DNA of 64,000 nt, taken from the NCBI GenBank assembly GCA_963675755.2, contig CAXXMD010000003.1, positions 480,001 through 544,000 on the forward strand. Reading direction: 5' to 3'. The number at the start of each line of letters is the position of its first letter. The stretch's first letter is position 1. This DNA comes from a bacterium (GTDB lineage: Bacteria > Zhuqueibacterota > Zhuqueibacteria > Residuimicrobiales > Krinioviventaceae). The translations under genes and the position numbers were made by a program. Shown one piece after another: positions 30,106 to 40,906 of the stretch. The notes below the pieces were generated by a model. It was not told the origin of the DNA and searched no databases. It worked only from the letters and a program-made list of their open reading frames with translations.

Positions 30106-31177
30106 TTTTGAAAACAAGTACTCCTTTATAGAAAAAATGCTTCACGATGTAGCCTTTAAAACCTTTCCCTCCCAAATTGCAATGTCTGACCTTGAAAGCA
30201 GATTAAACAAAAAAAAACTACAAGACATCCGGATTGAGCAGCCAACCTTTATTACCGCACTGCCCCGCGCCGGTACAACCTTGTTGCTTGAGCTTGCTGT
30301 AGAAACCCGCGAGTTTGTTTCACATACCTATCGGGATATGCCATTTTTATTAACCCCCATGTTCTGGAACAGTTTTTCAAAAATTTTTAAACAATCAGAT
30401 ACTCCCCGCGAACGTGCTCATGGCGATGGCATGCTGGTTAGTGTTGACAGTCCCGAAGCCTTTGAAGAAATCATCTGGAAAGCTTTTTGGCCGTCCCGTT
30501 ACAGAAAAGATAAAATTGTACCCTGGGCAGAACCAAGCTATCCGGAATTTGAAGCATTCCTTCGCGATCATATTGTCAAGCTCATTGCCTTGCGTGGTGA
30601 AGGTGATAAAGACAGACGTTACATATCTAAAAACAATCTCAACATTTCACGGTTAAAATATATTAGCAAAATTTTCCTCGATGCAATCATCATTGTTCCT
30701 TTTCGAGATCCCATACAGCACGCGTCTTCACTGTTACGCCAGCATCTTAATTTTATCAACATTCATAAAGAAGATGCTTTTGCAAAAAAATATATGGCTG
30801 CAATAGGGCATTTTGATTTTGGCGAAAACCTGAAACCCGTTGATTTTGATAACTGGCTCGACTCGTCCGCTATCAAGGATCCGCAAAAAATCGATTTCTG
30901 GCTGCAATACTGGTCCGATTCTTATAACTATATGATGAATAATAGTAATAATAATATTCAATTTATAGCATACGATGCCATGTGCGAAAATCCATCCAAA
31001 CACATGAAAACCTTTGCGGAAATGCTAAAGCTGAAAAATCCGGACGTCCTTTTACAACAAGCTGAAAGGATTGCACCACCCAAACCTTATCAGGTAGAGT
31101 TGGAATCTATTGATGCTACAATTCTGGACAAAATAAATTCTACCCATTCTCGCTTGAAAGAAATTTCCAAATTTTAA
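30098..31177 (+). CDS. PAPS-dependent sulfotransferase family protein
   Basis: 5'-PSB loop FITALPRAGTTLL, KN motif, 3'-PB motif FRDPIQHASSL; no signal peptide. Confidence 0.87.
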   Translation: MSDFENKYSFIEKMLHDVAFKTFPSQIAMSDLESRLNKKKLQDIRIEQPTFITALPRAGTTLLLELAVETREFVSHTYRDMPFLLTPMFWNSFSKIFKQSDTPRERAHGDGMLVSVDSPEAFEEIIWKAFWPSRYRKDKIVPWAEPSYPEFEAFLRDHIVKLIALRGEGDKDRRYISKNNLNISRLKYISKIFLDAIIIVPFRDPIQHASSLLRQHLNFINIHKEDAFAKKYMAAIGHFDFGENLKPVDFDNWLDSSAIKDPQKIDFWLQYWSDSYNYMMNNSNNNIQFIAYDAMCENPSKHMKTFAEMLKLKNPDVLLQQAERIAPPKPYQVELESIDATILDKINSTHSRLKEISKF

Positions 31178-31336
31178 CAATCCGTTCTTCTTGATACTCT
31201 CCTTACATTCCTGTTAATACATCTCCCCCTGTATTGATCAAGGCTTACTTTTTTTATCACAAAATCAAACTATTTATTGCGTATTGCGTATAAAACCTTA
31301 CATTTAATTAGACAGTAATGAAAAAAGGGGATTCAC

Positions 31337-31717
31337 ATGGAATTACTGAACTATTACACAGGATGGGCCAGTATTATACTGGGCTTTGTAGCAGGGGCGG
31401 TGATTGGTTTGTTTTTTTACAAAGACGATTGGGCTGGCGGCTATAATTCCTGGCAAAGAAGAATGATGCGGTTGGGACACATCTCTTTTTTCGGACTCGG
31501 TTTTATAAACCTGGTTTTTGCACTAAGCATCAACAATTTTCAAATCCATTTAACTACAGATCTGCCGTTTTACTTGCTGGCCGCGGGTAATATTTTAATG
31601 CCAACAGTTTGCTTTTTATCCGCGTACAGGAAAAATTTCAGACAACTCTTTCCGCTGCCTGTTGCTTGTATGTTAATTGGTACCTTAATCTTTATTTTGA
31701 ACGGGGGCTTATTATGA
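31337..31717 (+). CDS. Small 4-TM membrane protein
   Basis: GGYNSWQRRMMRLGHISFFGLG; ATGA overlap with the downstream gene. Confidence 0.75.
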   Translation: MELLNYYTGWASIILGFVAGAVIGLFFYKDDWAGGYNSWQRRMMRLGHISFFGLGFINLVFALSINNFQIHLTTDLPFYLLAAGNILMPTVCFLSAYRKNFRQLFPLPVACMLIGTLIFILNGGLL

Positions 31718-33048
31718 AAATCGCACTAACCGCAATGAGTGGAATACGCGCTTATGATCAGGAACTATTGGAGCTGGGTCTGACATTACCCGGATTTGTT
31801 GAAAGAAGTAAAGTAATTGCATCTTTACCGAGCCTGGGTTTATTGACACTTGCAGGTATGACACCCAGCCACCATGACGTGGAATATATTGAAGTTCCTG
31901 ATATTGAAAACAAATCCGAAATAGTAGACAGGTTGAAAAATTTTGATCTGGTTGCAATTTCAAGTTTTAGTGCACAAATTAAAGAAGCGTACGAATTGGG
32001 CGATGCCTTGTTACAGCACGATGTAGCTGTTGTATTGGGTGGTCTACATGCAACGGCCCTGCCCCAAGAAGCAAAACAACATTGTACGTCTGTGGTTGTA
32101 GGCGAAGGTGAAATCACATGGCAGCAACTGCTCAAAGACGCTGAAACAAAAAAACTTGATCCAGTATATGGAAATAGTGAACAGGAATTTGATTTTAATG
32201 AGGCACCTATGCCTGCATTTGAATTGTTAAACATAGAAAATTATAATCGTCTGACTGTTCAAACCAGCCGTGGATGCCCTCACTTTTGTGAATTCTGCGC
32301 CAATACCATTATGCTGACCCGAAAATACAAACAAAAACCTCAGGCCAAAGTATTGGCTGAAATCGACAAAATCCGGGAAATATGGCCCCACCCCTTTATT
32401 GAATTTGCGGATGACAATACCTTTGTAAACAAAGACTATTGGAAAGCCCTGTTACCCGAGCTAAAGAAAAGAAAAATTCGCTGGTTTACCGAGACAGACA
32501 TCTCTATTGCAAACGATACAGAACTGTTACATCTCATGCGGGAGAGCGGTTGCGCGCAGGTACTGATTGGGCTTGAAAGTCCAACTTCTGATGCCCTTCG
32601 AGGTTTAGATACCAGAAGTAACTGGAAAGAAAAACAATTCCACAACTATATGCAGGCGATTAAAACCATTCAATCACATGGTATAAGTGTAAATGGATGC
32701 TTTATATTGGGCCTGGATGGACAAGACACAACAGTCTTTGACAAAGTCTATGACTTTGTTGAAAAATCAGGGCTACATGAAGTACAAATTACCGTACAAA
32801 CTGCATTTCCGGGAACATTATTATACGAAAGACTGGTAAATGAAAAGCGGGTAATTAAATTAGACGCCTGGGAAAAATGCACCCTTTTCGACATTAATTT
32901 TACCCCTAAAAACATGACAGTTCAGGAACTAGGCAAAGAATTTAGAGAACTGGGTGTAAAATTGTACAACAAAGATTTTACAAAAAAACGACAGGACCAT
33001 TTTAAGGAATTGCTGAGGGAACTGGTCAGGTCTCGGCGTTCAAATTAA
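31714..33048 (+). CDS. Cobalamin-binding radical SAM protein (class B methylase-like)
   Basis: PSLGLLTLA, DLVAISS, VVLGGLHAT, VVGEGE (B12 domain); TSRGCPHFCEFC (CX3CX2C); IGLES, FPGT. Start at ATG 31714. Confidence 0.9.
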   Translation: MKIALTAMSGIRAYDQELLELGLTLPGFVERSKVIASLPSLGLLTLAGMTPSHHDVEYIEVPDIENKSEIVDRLKNFDLVAISSFSAQIKEAYELGDALLQHDVAVVLGGLHATALPQEAKQHCTSVVVGEGEITWQQLLKDAETKKLDPVYGNSEQEFDFNEAPMPAFELLNIENYNRLTVQTSRGCPHFCEFCANTIMLTRKYKQKPQAKVLAEIDKIREIWPHPFIEFADDNTFVNKDYWKALLPELKKRKIRWFTETDISIANDTELLHLMRESGCAQVLIGLESPTSDALRGLDTRSNWKEKQFHNYMQAIKTIQSHGISVNGCFILGLDGQDTTVFDKVYDFVEKSGLHEVQITVQTAFPGTLLYERLVNEKRVIKLDAWEKCTLFDINFTPKNMTVQELGKEFRELGVKLYNKDFTKKRQDHFKELLRELVRSRRSN

Positions 33049-33073
33049 AAATCCTAAATGAAAGGAGAATCCT

Positions 33074-33457
33074 GTGAAAAAGATCAGGTTAATATCTCTT
33101 TTGTTCTATGCAAGCGCAGTATATGACGGGCTGCTTGGAATCATTTTTCTATTTTTCCCGCTGTCATTATACAAGGTTTACTCGGTTACCTTTCCAAATC
33201 ATAATGGATATGTACAATTTCCGGCACTATTGTTGATTATATTTGGAATCATGTTCATGAATATTGCCAGAAAACCTGTACAAAACCGGAATTTAATGCC
33301 CTATGGTATATTATTAAAAGCCGCCTATTGTGGTGTTGTCTTTGTATATTGGTTTACGATCAATATTCCAAACATGTGGAAACCATTTGCAATCATTGAC
33401 CTGATTTTTGGTATTCTGTTTTATCTGTCTTATCGCTCACTGCAAAGCACCAACTAA
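33074..33457 (+). CDS. Small 4-TM membrane protein
   Basis: GTG start after AAGGAG; four hydrophobic segments; YD...G, P..NR, IDL motifs. Confidence 0.7.
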   Translation: MKKIRLISLLFYASAVYDGLLGIIFLFFPLSLYKVYSVTFPNHNGYVQFPALLLIIFGIMFMNIARKPVQNRNLMPYGILLKAAYCGVVFVYWFTINIPNMWKPFAIIDLIFGILFYLSYRSLQSTN

Positions 33458-33481
33458 GTTTTATCCTTTTTTAATCAAGCA

Positions 33482-33508
33482 TATCAGGACCTCCCGAGGT
33501 TCCTGATA
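33482..33508 (+). terminator. Hairpin after the radical SAM operon
   Basis: TATCAGGACCTC-CC-GAGGTTCCTGATA; no clear U-tract. Confidence 0.45.
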
Positions 33509-33597
33509 AGCTGTTATTGGCATGATTATTGATTAGTTAATTTGTTATAAACATTAGAATTATGTACTAAACAAAACTTTATAAAATCAGCCAATAT

Positions 33598-35817
33598 ATG
33601 ATTAATTATGACAAAATATTTCAGACATTCATTGACAAAATGAATGATGGTATCATTCAAGTCGATAAAGATCTGAAAATTGTCTATTGTAATCCCAAAG
33701 TTTGTGAACTTTTGGGACACTCTTTTGAACGTCTGCATCATAATTCTTTGCTTGACTTTCTAAGTCCCCAAAACCAAAAAATTGTTGCAAAACAATTTAA
33801 AATGCGGGAACAGGGTTCTAATCAATCCTATGAACTGGAATTCCACAAAAATGATCAAATCATTACAGCCATTCTGGTTCCCCACACAATATATGATGAA
33901 AACGATAATTTTATTGGAAGTGTAACCGTTCTTAATGATATTTCAGAACGCAAAAAAATCGAACAAGCACTTATATCCAACGAAGAAAAATATAAAGCCA
34001 TATTTAATAATAATTTTCAATTTACCGGATTATTGGATCCCCAAGGTTTATTGTTAGACGCCAATCAAATAGCATTGGATTTTATTGGTAAAGAAAAAAA
34101 AGATGTTATCAATCAATATTTTTGGGACACTCCCTGGTGGGCTCATGATAAATTTATTCAGCAAGACCTGAGAAACGCAATTCAACATGCCTTAACCGGT
34201 GAAATAGTACATTTCGAAACCTATCATATCAATGCAAAAGGTGAAAAACGATACTTTGATGTTACACTTAAACCGGTCATAGATTCTAATAATGAGATCA
34301 TTTATATCGTTCCGGAAAGTCATGATTTTACTGACAGGCGCAATATAACAAAATCGCTTTATGAGAACAAGAAACGTTACCAGCTATTGTTTGAAATGGC
34401 AAGTGTGGGAATCATTATTCTCAGAGAAGGAAGCTTTTTTGATTGTAATAAAAAAACCATGGAACTGTTTGAAACAGATTCCAGCAGATATTTTATAGAT
34501 AAAAGTCCCGAAGAATTATCACCAGAGAAACAAAAAGATGGTATTCTGTCAAGTACTAAAGCTCAGGAATATCTAAAAGCAGCACTTGAGGGTACCCCAC
34601 AGGATTTTGAATGGACCTTTCTAAAAGCATCCGGTAAAGAGTTTATTGCAAGAGTAAGGCTTGATCTTATTGTAATCAATGAAACACGCTTTATTCAGGG
34701 ATTCGTTACAGATATTACTGAAATTAAAAAAGCAGAGCAAGCTCTGCTTGAAAGTGAAGAAAAATATCGTACACTGGTTGAACTTGCAAATGACGGCGTT
34801 GTTATTGTACAGGATGGTTTGTTAAAATTTATCAATTCCAGATTTTTAAAAATGCTTGGCTATTCTTTTCAACGAGCCATCAATCATCCGCTTGAACAAT
34901 TTATTTACCCTGATGATCGCGCTCATGTTCTTGAATATTATAAAAAAAGAATGAAGGGCGAAATTTCTACAAATATGTACAACTTTAGAATCATTACCAA
35001 AGATAACCGGGTAATTACAATTGAAGCAAACATAATGAGAATCATTTACCAGGGTAAACCTGCAAGTTTTGGGTTTATACGAGATGTTACTGAACGACTA
35101 AAACTACAGGAAAAACTTGCTTTTTCAGAAAAAATGTCTACCATTGGTGAGCTTTCAAGAAAAGTTGCTCACGAAATTGGCAACCCGCTTTCATCCATTT
35201 TACATTCAGCAAGTGAATTAAATGATACAGCAATGCTTGCCGGTGATGAAAAAATATTAATGGATATCATCCTTAAAGAAACCAAACGTTTAGATGAAAT
35301 CATCAAAAACTTTTTAAAATTCAGCAGACCCAGACAACCTGAATTTAAAACAATCAACCTTGCAACAATTGTTAACGAATTGTATCTGGTATTTCAAAAT
35401 GATCAAACCTTTAAAGAAAAAAATATTGTATTAGAAAAAACAATAGAACAAGACCTGCCAGAAATAACAGCAGATCCCAATATGATCAAAGAAGTACTCT
35501 GGAACATATTTTTAAACGCCAGGGATGCTTTAGACTCAAATGGATGTATTTGCCTTTCTCTTTTTTCTCTATCGCATGAAAATGTTAAATCTGTCCAGAT
35601 GATAATAAGAGATAATGGAAAAGGTATTCCTAAAGAAAATATAAACATAATATTTGAGCCATATTTTACTTCAAAATTTACCGGTTCCGGGCTGGGGCTG
35701 GCAACAGTCAAGAAAAATATTTCCGAACATGATGGAAGCATTTCAGTAAAATCCACAATAGATAAAGGTACCGAATTCAACATCATTCTACCCGTTGAGA
35801 GGAGCATTGAAAAGTGA
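33598..35817 (+). CDS. Cytoplasmic multi-PAS sensor histidine kinase
   Basis: Four PAS/PAC repeats; H-box VAHEIGNPL, N-box NIFLNARDA, G1 DNGKGI, F-box IFEPYFTSK, G2 GSGLGL. Confidence 0.93.
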   Translation: MINYDKIFQTFIDKMNDGIIQVDKDLKIVYCNPKVCELLGHSFERLHHNSLLDFLSPQNQKIVAKQFKMREQGSNQSYELEFHKNDQIITAILVPHTIYDENDNFIGSVTVLNDISERKKIEQALISNEEKYKAIFNNNFQFTGLLDPQGLLLDANQIALDFIGKEKKDVINQYFWDTPWWAHDKFIQQDLRNAIQHALTGEIVHFETYHINAKGEKRYFDVTLKPVIDSNNEIIYIVPESHDFTDRRNITKSLYENKKRYQLLFEMASVGIIILREGSFFDCNKKTMELFETDSSRYFIDKSPEELSPEKQKDGILSSTKAQEYLKAALEGTPQDFEWTFLKASGKEFIARVRLDLIVINETRFIQGFVTDITEIKKAEQALLESEEKYRTLVELANDGVVIVQDGLLKFINSRFLKMLGYSFQRAINHPLEQFIYPDDRAHVLEYYKKRMKGEISTNMYNFRIITKDNRVITIEANIMRIIYQGKPASFGFIRDVTERLKLQEKLAFSEKMSTIGELSRKVAHEIGNPLSSILHSASELNDTAMLAGDEKILMDIILKETKRLDEIIKNFLKFSRPRQPEFKTINLATIVNELYLVFQNDQTFKEKNIVLEKTIEQDLPEITADPNMIKEVLWNIFLNARDALDSNGCICLSLFSLSHENVKSVQMIIRDNGKGIPKENINIIFEPYFTSKFTGSGLGLATVKKNISEHDGSISVKSTIDKGTEFNIILPVERSIEK

Positions 35818-37160
35818 AAAGCATCCTAATAATAGATGATAATGACAGCTTTAGAAAAGTATTATCAATGCGCCTGGGAAAACGGGGATTCAGGGTCAAA
35901 GATGTTGCAGAAAGCATTAAAGGTTTGGAACTGATTACAAATGAATTTTTCGACATTATTATCACAGACCTTGTTATGAAGGACAAAGACGGTATTCAGG
36001 TCATTCAGGAAGCACGTGTATCAAGTCCTGCATCTATAATCATTCTTATAACCGCATATGGTTCAGTTGACACAGCCGTTCAGGCTATCAAAGCTGGTGC
36101 ATATGATTATATTACCAAAGAATCAAACCTTGATGAAATTCTATTGGTCATTGACAGAGCCATGGAAAAAAAATCATTGATGGATAAAATCCAGGTCCTC
36201 GAAAATCAAATTCGTGAACAATTTGATTTTGACGAGATCATTGGCAGCTCTCCCAAAATGATAGAAGTATTGAAAACTATATCAAAGGTAAGTACTACCC
36301 AGGCAACCGTACTCATTACCGGCCAGTCAGGTACGGGTAAGGAGTTGGTTGGCAAAGCAATTCATTATAACAGCCCTCGTAAAAACAAATCTCTGGTAAC
36401 AATTAATTGCGGGGCAATCCCGGAGAACCTTCAGGAAAGTGAATTGTTTGGCTATAAAAAAGGGGCCTTTACCGGAGCTATTCAGGATAAAAAGGGATTA
36501 ATTGAAGAAGCAGATGGTGGTACATTAATCCTTGATGAAGTTGGCGAGCTGTCACCTACAGCCCAGGTAAAGTTGTTGCGTTTTTTACAAAACAACGAAG
36601 TACGCAGGGTCGGTGATACTAAAACAAGCATAGTAGACGTTCGCATTATTGCCATGACAAACCGCAATCTTGAAGACGAAGTCAAAAACAATACTTTTCG
36701 TGAAGACTTGTTTTTCAGACTGAATGTTGTTCCAATTATATTACCCTCCCTTTCAGAAAGACCTGGTGATATTGAAATCATGCTGGAGCATTTTGTTAAA
36801 AAAATTGGCAAAAAATTACACATGACAAAATTAAACATTACTCCTGAAGCAGTCCGTCTATTAAAGATTTATCACTGGCCGGGTAACATCCGTGAATTGG
36901 AAAATGTATTGGAACGATGTGCAATCTTGTGTAACGATGAAACCATATACCCTGATGATTTACCGTCAGACATTCAGCAAAAAAATAATAACAATGAACC
37001 CGAGTTCACGGGCACACATTTGTCATTACAAGAGATTGAAAAAAAATACATCCTTTCTGTTCTTGATAGTACAAACGGTAACAAGTCACATGCTGCAGAT
37101 ATCTTGCAAATTTCCAGACCCACTTTGATCAATAAATTAAAATCATATAACATTGATTAA
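35814..37160 (+). CDS. NtrC-family sigma-54-dependent response regulator
   Basis: Receiver (IIDD, TDLVM, TAYG), AAA+ GQSGTGKE, ESELFG..KGAFTGA, FREDLFFRLNV, WPGNIRELEN, Fis-type HTH. Confidence 0.95.
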   Translation: MKSILIIDDNDSFRKVLSMRLGKRGFRVKDVAESIKGLELITNEFFDIIITDLVMKDKDGIQVIQEARVSSPASIIILITAYGSVDTAVQAIKAGAYDYITKESNLDEILLVIDRAMEKKSLMDKIQVLENQIREQFDFDEIIGSSPKMIEVLKTISKVSTTQATVLITGQSGTGKELVGKAIHYNSPRKNKSLVTINCGAIPENLQESELFGYKKGAFTGAIQDKKGLIEEADGGTLILDEVGELSPTAQVKLLRFLQNNEVRRVGDTKTSIVDVRIIAMTNRNLEDEVKNNTFREDLFFRLNVVPIILPSLSERPGDIEIMLEHFVKKIGKKLHMTKLNITPEAVRLLKIYHWPGNIRELENVLERCAILCNDETIYPDDLPSDIQQKNNNNEPEFTGTHLSLQEIEKKYILSVLDSTNGNKSHAADILQISRPTLINKLKSYNID

Positions 37161-37184
37161 TTTCTTTACACCTACTCTTAAAAA

Positions 37185-37203
37185 CTGTAAAGATTCTTTA
37201 CAG
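37185..37203. promoter_or_regulatory. Candidate enhancer (UAS) for a sigma-54 activator
   Basis: Perfect palindrome CTGTAAAGA-T-TCTTTACAG about 100 bp upstream of a sigma-54 promoter; a second half-site TTTCTTTACA at 37161-37170. Confidence 0.6.
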
Positions 37204-37298
37204 CATTTTCTTTCCAAAAATAAAACCACTTTTCTTGCCATCTAAGCAAGCCCAATAAAAACAAAGCATTACATCTTGAAAAATTATCGGTAAATCTT

Positions 37299-37314
37299 TG
37301 GTACAACCTTTGCT
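37299..37314 (+). promoter_or_regulatory. Sigma-54 (-24/-12) promoter for cheY-cheW-MCP1
   Basis: TGGTAC-AACCT-TTGCT; GG-N10-GC spacing exact. Confidence 0.7.
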
Positions 37315-37342
37315 TATACTGATAATAAAAAAAGAAAACGAG

Positions 37343-37672
37343 ATGAAAAATATACTAATAATAGATGACAACATTTCCCTTTGTGAATCAATAAAGATAT
37401 CGTTAAAAAAATACGACTATAATATAGATACAGCTTATAATGGAAAAAGTGCTATTTCCAAGATCCAGGAATCAGATTACAATACCATCATTACCGATGT
37501 TTTCATGCCAGACATAAACGGAATAGAACTGGCACAAAATGTTTTCAAACAATTTCCGGATATGAAAATAATTATCATGACAGCTAAAGAATTTCCACAA
37601 TTCCAGGAACCCTTTAAAAAACTACAAAAACCATTTTCAAATTCCGAGCTTGTCAAACTAATTGAAAATTAA
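37343..37672 (+). CDS. Single-domain response regulator (CheY-like)
   Basis: ILIIDDN, TDVFMPDING, MTA, KPF. Start moved to ATG 37343 because the ORF-track start lies in the promoter. Confidence 0.85.
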   Translation: MKNILIIDDNISLCESIKISLKKYDYNIDTAYNGKSAISKIQESDYNTIITDVFMPDINGIELAQNVFKQFPDMKIIIMTAKEFPQFQEPFKKLQKPFSNSELVKLIEN

Positions 37673-37693
37673 TTAAATCTAAAAGGTAGACAA

Positions 37694-38233
37694 ATGTCAA
37701 ATACAACAACTTCAAATATTGTAAAAAAAGAAAACTATGCTTTATCTACTCTTGAACGAAATGACAAGGTGGAAACAAATAAATACCTGACCTTCTTTTT
37801 AAAAGATGAAGAATATGGTATTGAAATCTCCAAAGTGATCGAAATCATTGGTGAAATGCCCATAGTACCCATACCCAAATTACCAGACTATATCAAAGGG
37901 ATCATCAACTTGCGCGGTAGAATTGTACCAATAGTAAATCTGAGATTAAAATTGGGAATGGCAGACAAAGAAATGACCGATGAATCTGTCATTATCATTG
38001 TTAGTTCAAGTAATCGGGATATGGGTCTGATTATTGATAAAGTTACCGAAGTGCTTGACATCCGTCAGGATAATATTGATGATGCCCCTGAGTTTGGTAC
38101 CAGTATAAATACAGAGTATATCATAGGTATAGCAAAACAGGAAGACTCGATCAAGATCATTCTGGATATTGATAAAGTTATCAATTCGGAAAAGATCTCT
38201 GAATCAATTGAAGATAATAATAATAATATATAA
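37694..38233 (+). CDS. cheW: Chemotaxis scaffold CheW
   Basis: YLTF.L..EEYGI.I..V.EI, IKGIINLRGRIVPIVNLR, GLIIDKVTEV. Confidence 0.93.
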   Translation: MSNTTTSNIVKKENYALSTLERNDKVETNKYLTFFLKDEEYGIEISKVIEIIGEMPIVPIPKLPDYIKGIINLRGRIVPIVNLRLKLGMADKEMTDESVIIIVSSSNRDMGLIIDKVTEVLDIRQDNIDDAPEFGTSINTEYIIGIAKQEDSIKIILDIDKVINSEKISESIEDNNNNI

Positions 38234-38254
38234 AATGGTTAGGAGGAAATAACC

Positions 38255-40663
38255 ATGTTAAATAAACTCAGTCTTAAAAACAAAATTGCTCTGATTGTAG
38301 TACTTATGATTATTGCTCTTGTTGCGATCAGCAGTTGGGTTTCATACGAATCAGCATATACTTCAGTTAAAGAATCGTATGTAAATCAAATTGAAAACAT
38401 TAACAAATCAATTGACCAAAAATTAACAAATTTCTATGAAACCCAGGAAAAAATCGCGGCTGCTCTTGCATCAGATAGAATGATGATTGATGCAATCAAT
38501 CAAGGTGACCACGAGAGACTGATCGAAATGCTTTCTCTTTCCGAAAGTCAGAGTGATATTTATGAAAATCTGTTTTTATCTACAGCAGAAGAAAACACAT
38601 CCATTTTTGCATGTCCTGAAAAACTTGTAGAATCATCTATTAATTTAAAATGGCGTGACACAGGCTTTAACGAAAATATTAAAAAAGCACTTCAAGGACA
38701 ATCCCATCTTAGCAGAGTAGGCATTTCTCCTGCTACAGGTCTCATTGTTCAGGTATACACCGTACCGGTCAAAGAAAATGGTAAAGTAATTGCTATTTTG
38801 GGCATGCCCTTTGATTTAGGTACATTTTCAAAAAGTATTGTACAAAATATAAAGATTGGCTCTACCGGGTATCCTTTTATTACTGATCTTCAAGGAATAG
38901 CATATGCTCATCCTGATGAAAAACAAATCATGAAACTTGATATCAAAGAATATGATTGGGGAAAACAAATACTTGAATTACCATCAGGCTCTGTTCTGGA
39001 ATACAAGTGGCAAGGCAAAAAAAAGATATTGTCTTTTATCAAAAACGAAAAATATGATTATATCTGCTCAAGTTCATTGTATGATGATGATATGAAAGCA
39101 AGCGCAGCTTCTGTAGTTCGCATTCTGGTTATTACTGGTGTATTCATCATTATTGTTGCAGGTGTACTGATTTTTCTGTTCCTCCGCAAAAGTCTCAAAC
39201 CGCTTGATACTACTGTTGAAGCCGCAAATAAACTGGCTGAAGGTGATATTGATGTTTCTGTTGATCTTAATCGCCAGGATGAAATTGGTCAAATGTTAAA
39301 AGCTTTTGATAAAATGATCCAAAGCATTAAAGCCAAAGCAGAAACCGCAGCAGAAATTGCCAAAGGCAACCTGGATGTCGATGTACAGGCTGTATCTAAC
39401 AAAGATGTTTTAGGCAACGCAATGGTAGCTCTAAAAGAAAACGTAACTGCAATGGTACAGGATGTAAATAATCTCGCGACAGCAGCTGTAAACGGAAATC
39501 TTTCAGTCCGTGCAAATGCCGAAAACCATCAAGGACAATTCCGTAATATCGTCCTGGGTATTAATGGCACATTAGACGGTGTCATGGGCCCCATTAACGA
39601 AGCGTCTATTATCCTTGAAAAACTGGCAAACCGTGACCTCAGTAGTCGGATGGAAGGCGACTATAAAGGTGACCATGCAAAGATCAAAAACTCTTTAAAC
39701 ACAGCACTTGAAAATCTCGATGCCAGTATACAGCAAGTATTTTCCGGCGCAGAACAGGTTGCCTCTGCTGCAAATCAAATTAGTGACGGTAGCCAGCAAA
39801 TGGCACAATCCGCTACAGAACAAGCCGGTAATCTGGAAGAAATCTCAAGTAATCTCCAGGAAATCACGTCCATGTCATTGCAAAACTCTAGCAATGCTAA
39901 AGAAGCAAAAAGCATGACAGACAATTCACGTGAAAGTGCTAAAAAAGGTGTAGATAGCATGGGCCGTTTGTCAAGCGCAATTGACAAGATTAAAACATCA
40001 TCTGACGAAACCAGCAAGATTGTTAAAACGATTGACGAAATTGCATTCCAAACCAATCTGCTTGCGTTGAATGCCGCAGTTGAAGCCGCAAGAGCTGGTG
40101 AAGCAGGTAAAGGGTTTGCTGTAGTTGCTGAAGAAGTACGAAACCTGGCAATACGAAGCGCAGAAGCTGCAAAATCTACTGCTGATCTCATCCAGGAATC
40201 TGTAAGTAATGCCCAGGAAGGTGTAGTCCACAATCAGGAAGTAATGGAAAACCTGAACATCATCAATGACCAGGTTATTAAAATTGGTGAGATCATGGGT
40301 GAAGTAGCAGCTGGATCAGATCAGCAACGTGGCGGTGTTGAACAGGTGAATATGGCTATTGAACAAATGAACAAGATTACCCAGCAAAACGCTGCCAACT
40401 CGGAAGAATCTGCAAGTGCTTCCGAAGAACTCTCAAGTCAGGCTGAAGAAATGCGGTCACTTACTTCTAAATTCAAAGTATCTGGCATGCTTTCTCGTTC
40501 TAGCATCAGATCCAATATTGATTATACCAAAAGCAAACATGAAAATGGATTCAGCAATGGCTCTCACTCTAACGGCAATGGTATAGATTTATCCGCAGAA
40601 GAATTGATACCTTTTGACGACTCTGATAATAAGAATGACAACTTTGTTTTAAAAGAATTTTAA
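38255..40663 (+). CDS. Methyl-accepting chemotaxis protein 1 (dCache sensor, poly-HAMP)
   Basis: 2 TM, GYPFI..AHP Cache motif, HAMPs, [34 protein letters not shown]; ends ...LKEF. Confidence 0.95.
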   Translation: MLNKLSLKNKIALIVVLMIIALVAISSWVSYESAYTSVKESYVNQIENINKSIDQKLTNFYETQEKIAAALASDRMMIDAINQGDHERLIEMLSLSESQSDIYENLFLSTAEENTSIFACPEKLVESSINLKWRDTGFNENIKKALQGQSHLSRVGISPATGLIVQVYTVPVKENGKVIAILGMPFDLGTFSKSIVQNIKIGSTGYPFITDLQGIAYAHPDEKQIMKLDIKEYDWGKQILELPSGSVLEYKWQGKKKILSFIKNEKYDYICSSSLYDDDMKASAASVVRILVITGVFIIIVAGVLIFLFLRKSLKPLDTTVEAANKLAEGDIDVSVDLNRQDEIGQMLKAFDKMIQSIKAKAETAAEIAKGNLDVDVQAVSNKDVLGNAMVALKENVTAMVQDVNNLATAAVNGNLSVRANAENHQGQFRNIVLGINGTLDGVMGPINEASIILEKLANRDLSSRMEGDYKGDHAKIKNSLNTALENLDASIQQVFSGAEQVASAANQISDGSQQMAQSATEQAGNLEEISSNLQEITSMSLQNSSNAKEAKSMTDNSRESAKKGVDSMGRLSSAIDKIKTSSDETSKIVKTIDEIAFQTNLLALNAAVEAARAGEAGKGFAVVAEEVRNLAIRSAEAAKSTADLIQESVSNAQEGVVHNQEVMENLNIINDQVIKIGEIMGEVAAGSDQQRGGVEQVNMAIEQMNKITQQNAANSEESASASEELSSQAEEMRSLTSKFKVSGMLSRSSIRSNIDYTKSKHENGFSNGSHSNGNGIDLSAEELIPFDDSDNKNDNFVLKEF

Positions 40664-40683
40664 TACCCCTCAATTCCCCCTCA

Positions 40684-40724
40684 AAAGCCTCTGTAATCCT
40701 GTAATTTTGGATTACAGAGGCTTT
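40684..40724 (+). terminator. Intrinsic terminator after MCP1
   Basis: AAAGCCTCTGTAATCC...GGATTACAGAGGCTTT followed by a T-rich tract. Confidence 0.75.
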
Positions 40725-40834
40725 CCTTTTTTATATAAACTCAACATAATAATATTTTTTCTTTCACTATTTACATTTCTTCACATAACAAAAAATATTT
40801 TAAATTTTAGCCAAATTTATCATTTTCCTCGAAA

Positions 40835-40850
40835 TGGTACAAAATTTGTT
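40835..40850 (+). promoter_or_regulatory. Possible sigma-54 promoter for MCP2 (imperfect -12)
   Basis: TGGTAC-AAAAT-TTGTT; shares TGGTACAA with the 37299 promoter but has GT instead of GC. Confidence 0.4.
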
Positions 40851-40906
40851 ACAAAAGATATGAATTAATGAAACTTGTAATATCACATATCTTTAAGAAT
40901 CTTACT

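Noticed and set aside
31609-31713. Upstream extension of the radical SAM ORF
   Set aside because: Overlaps the preceding gene; ATG 31714 gives ATGA coupling and a normal N-terminus.
38215-38230. AAT microsatellite at the end of cheW as a phase-variation tract
   Set aside because: Short in-frame triplet run encoding terminal Asn residues; slippage would not shift the frame.
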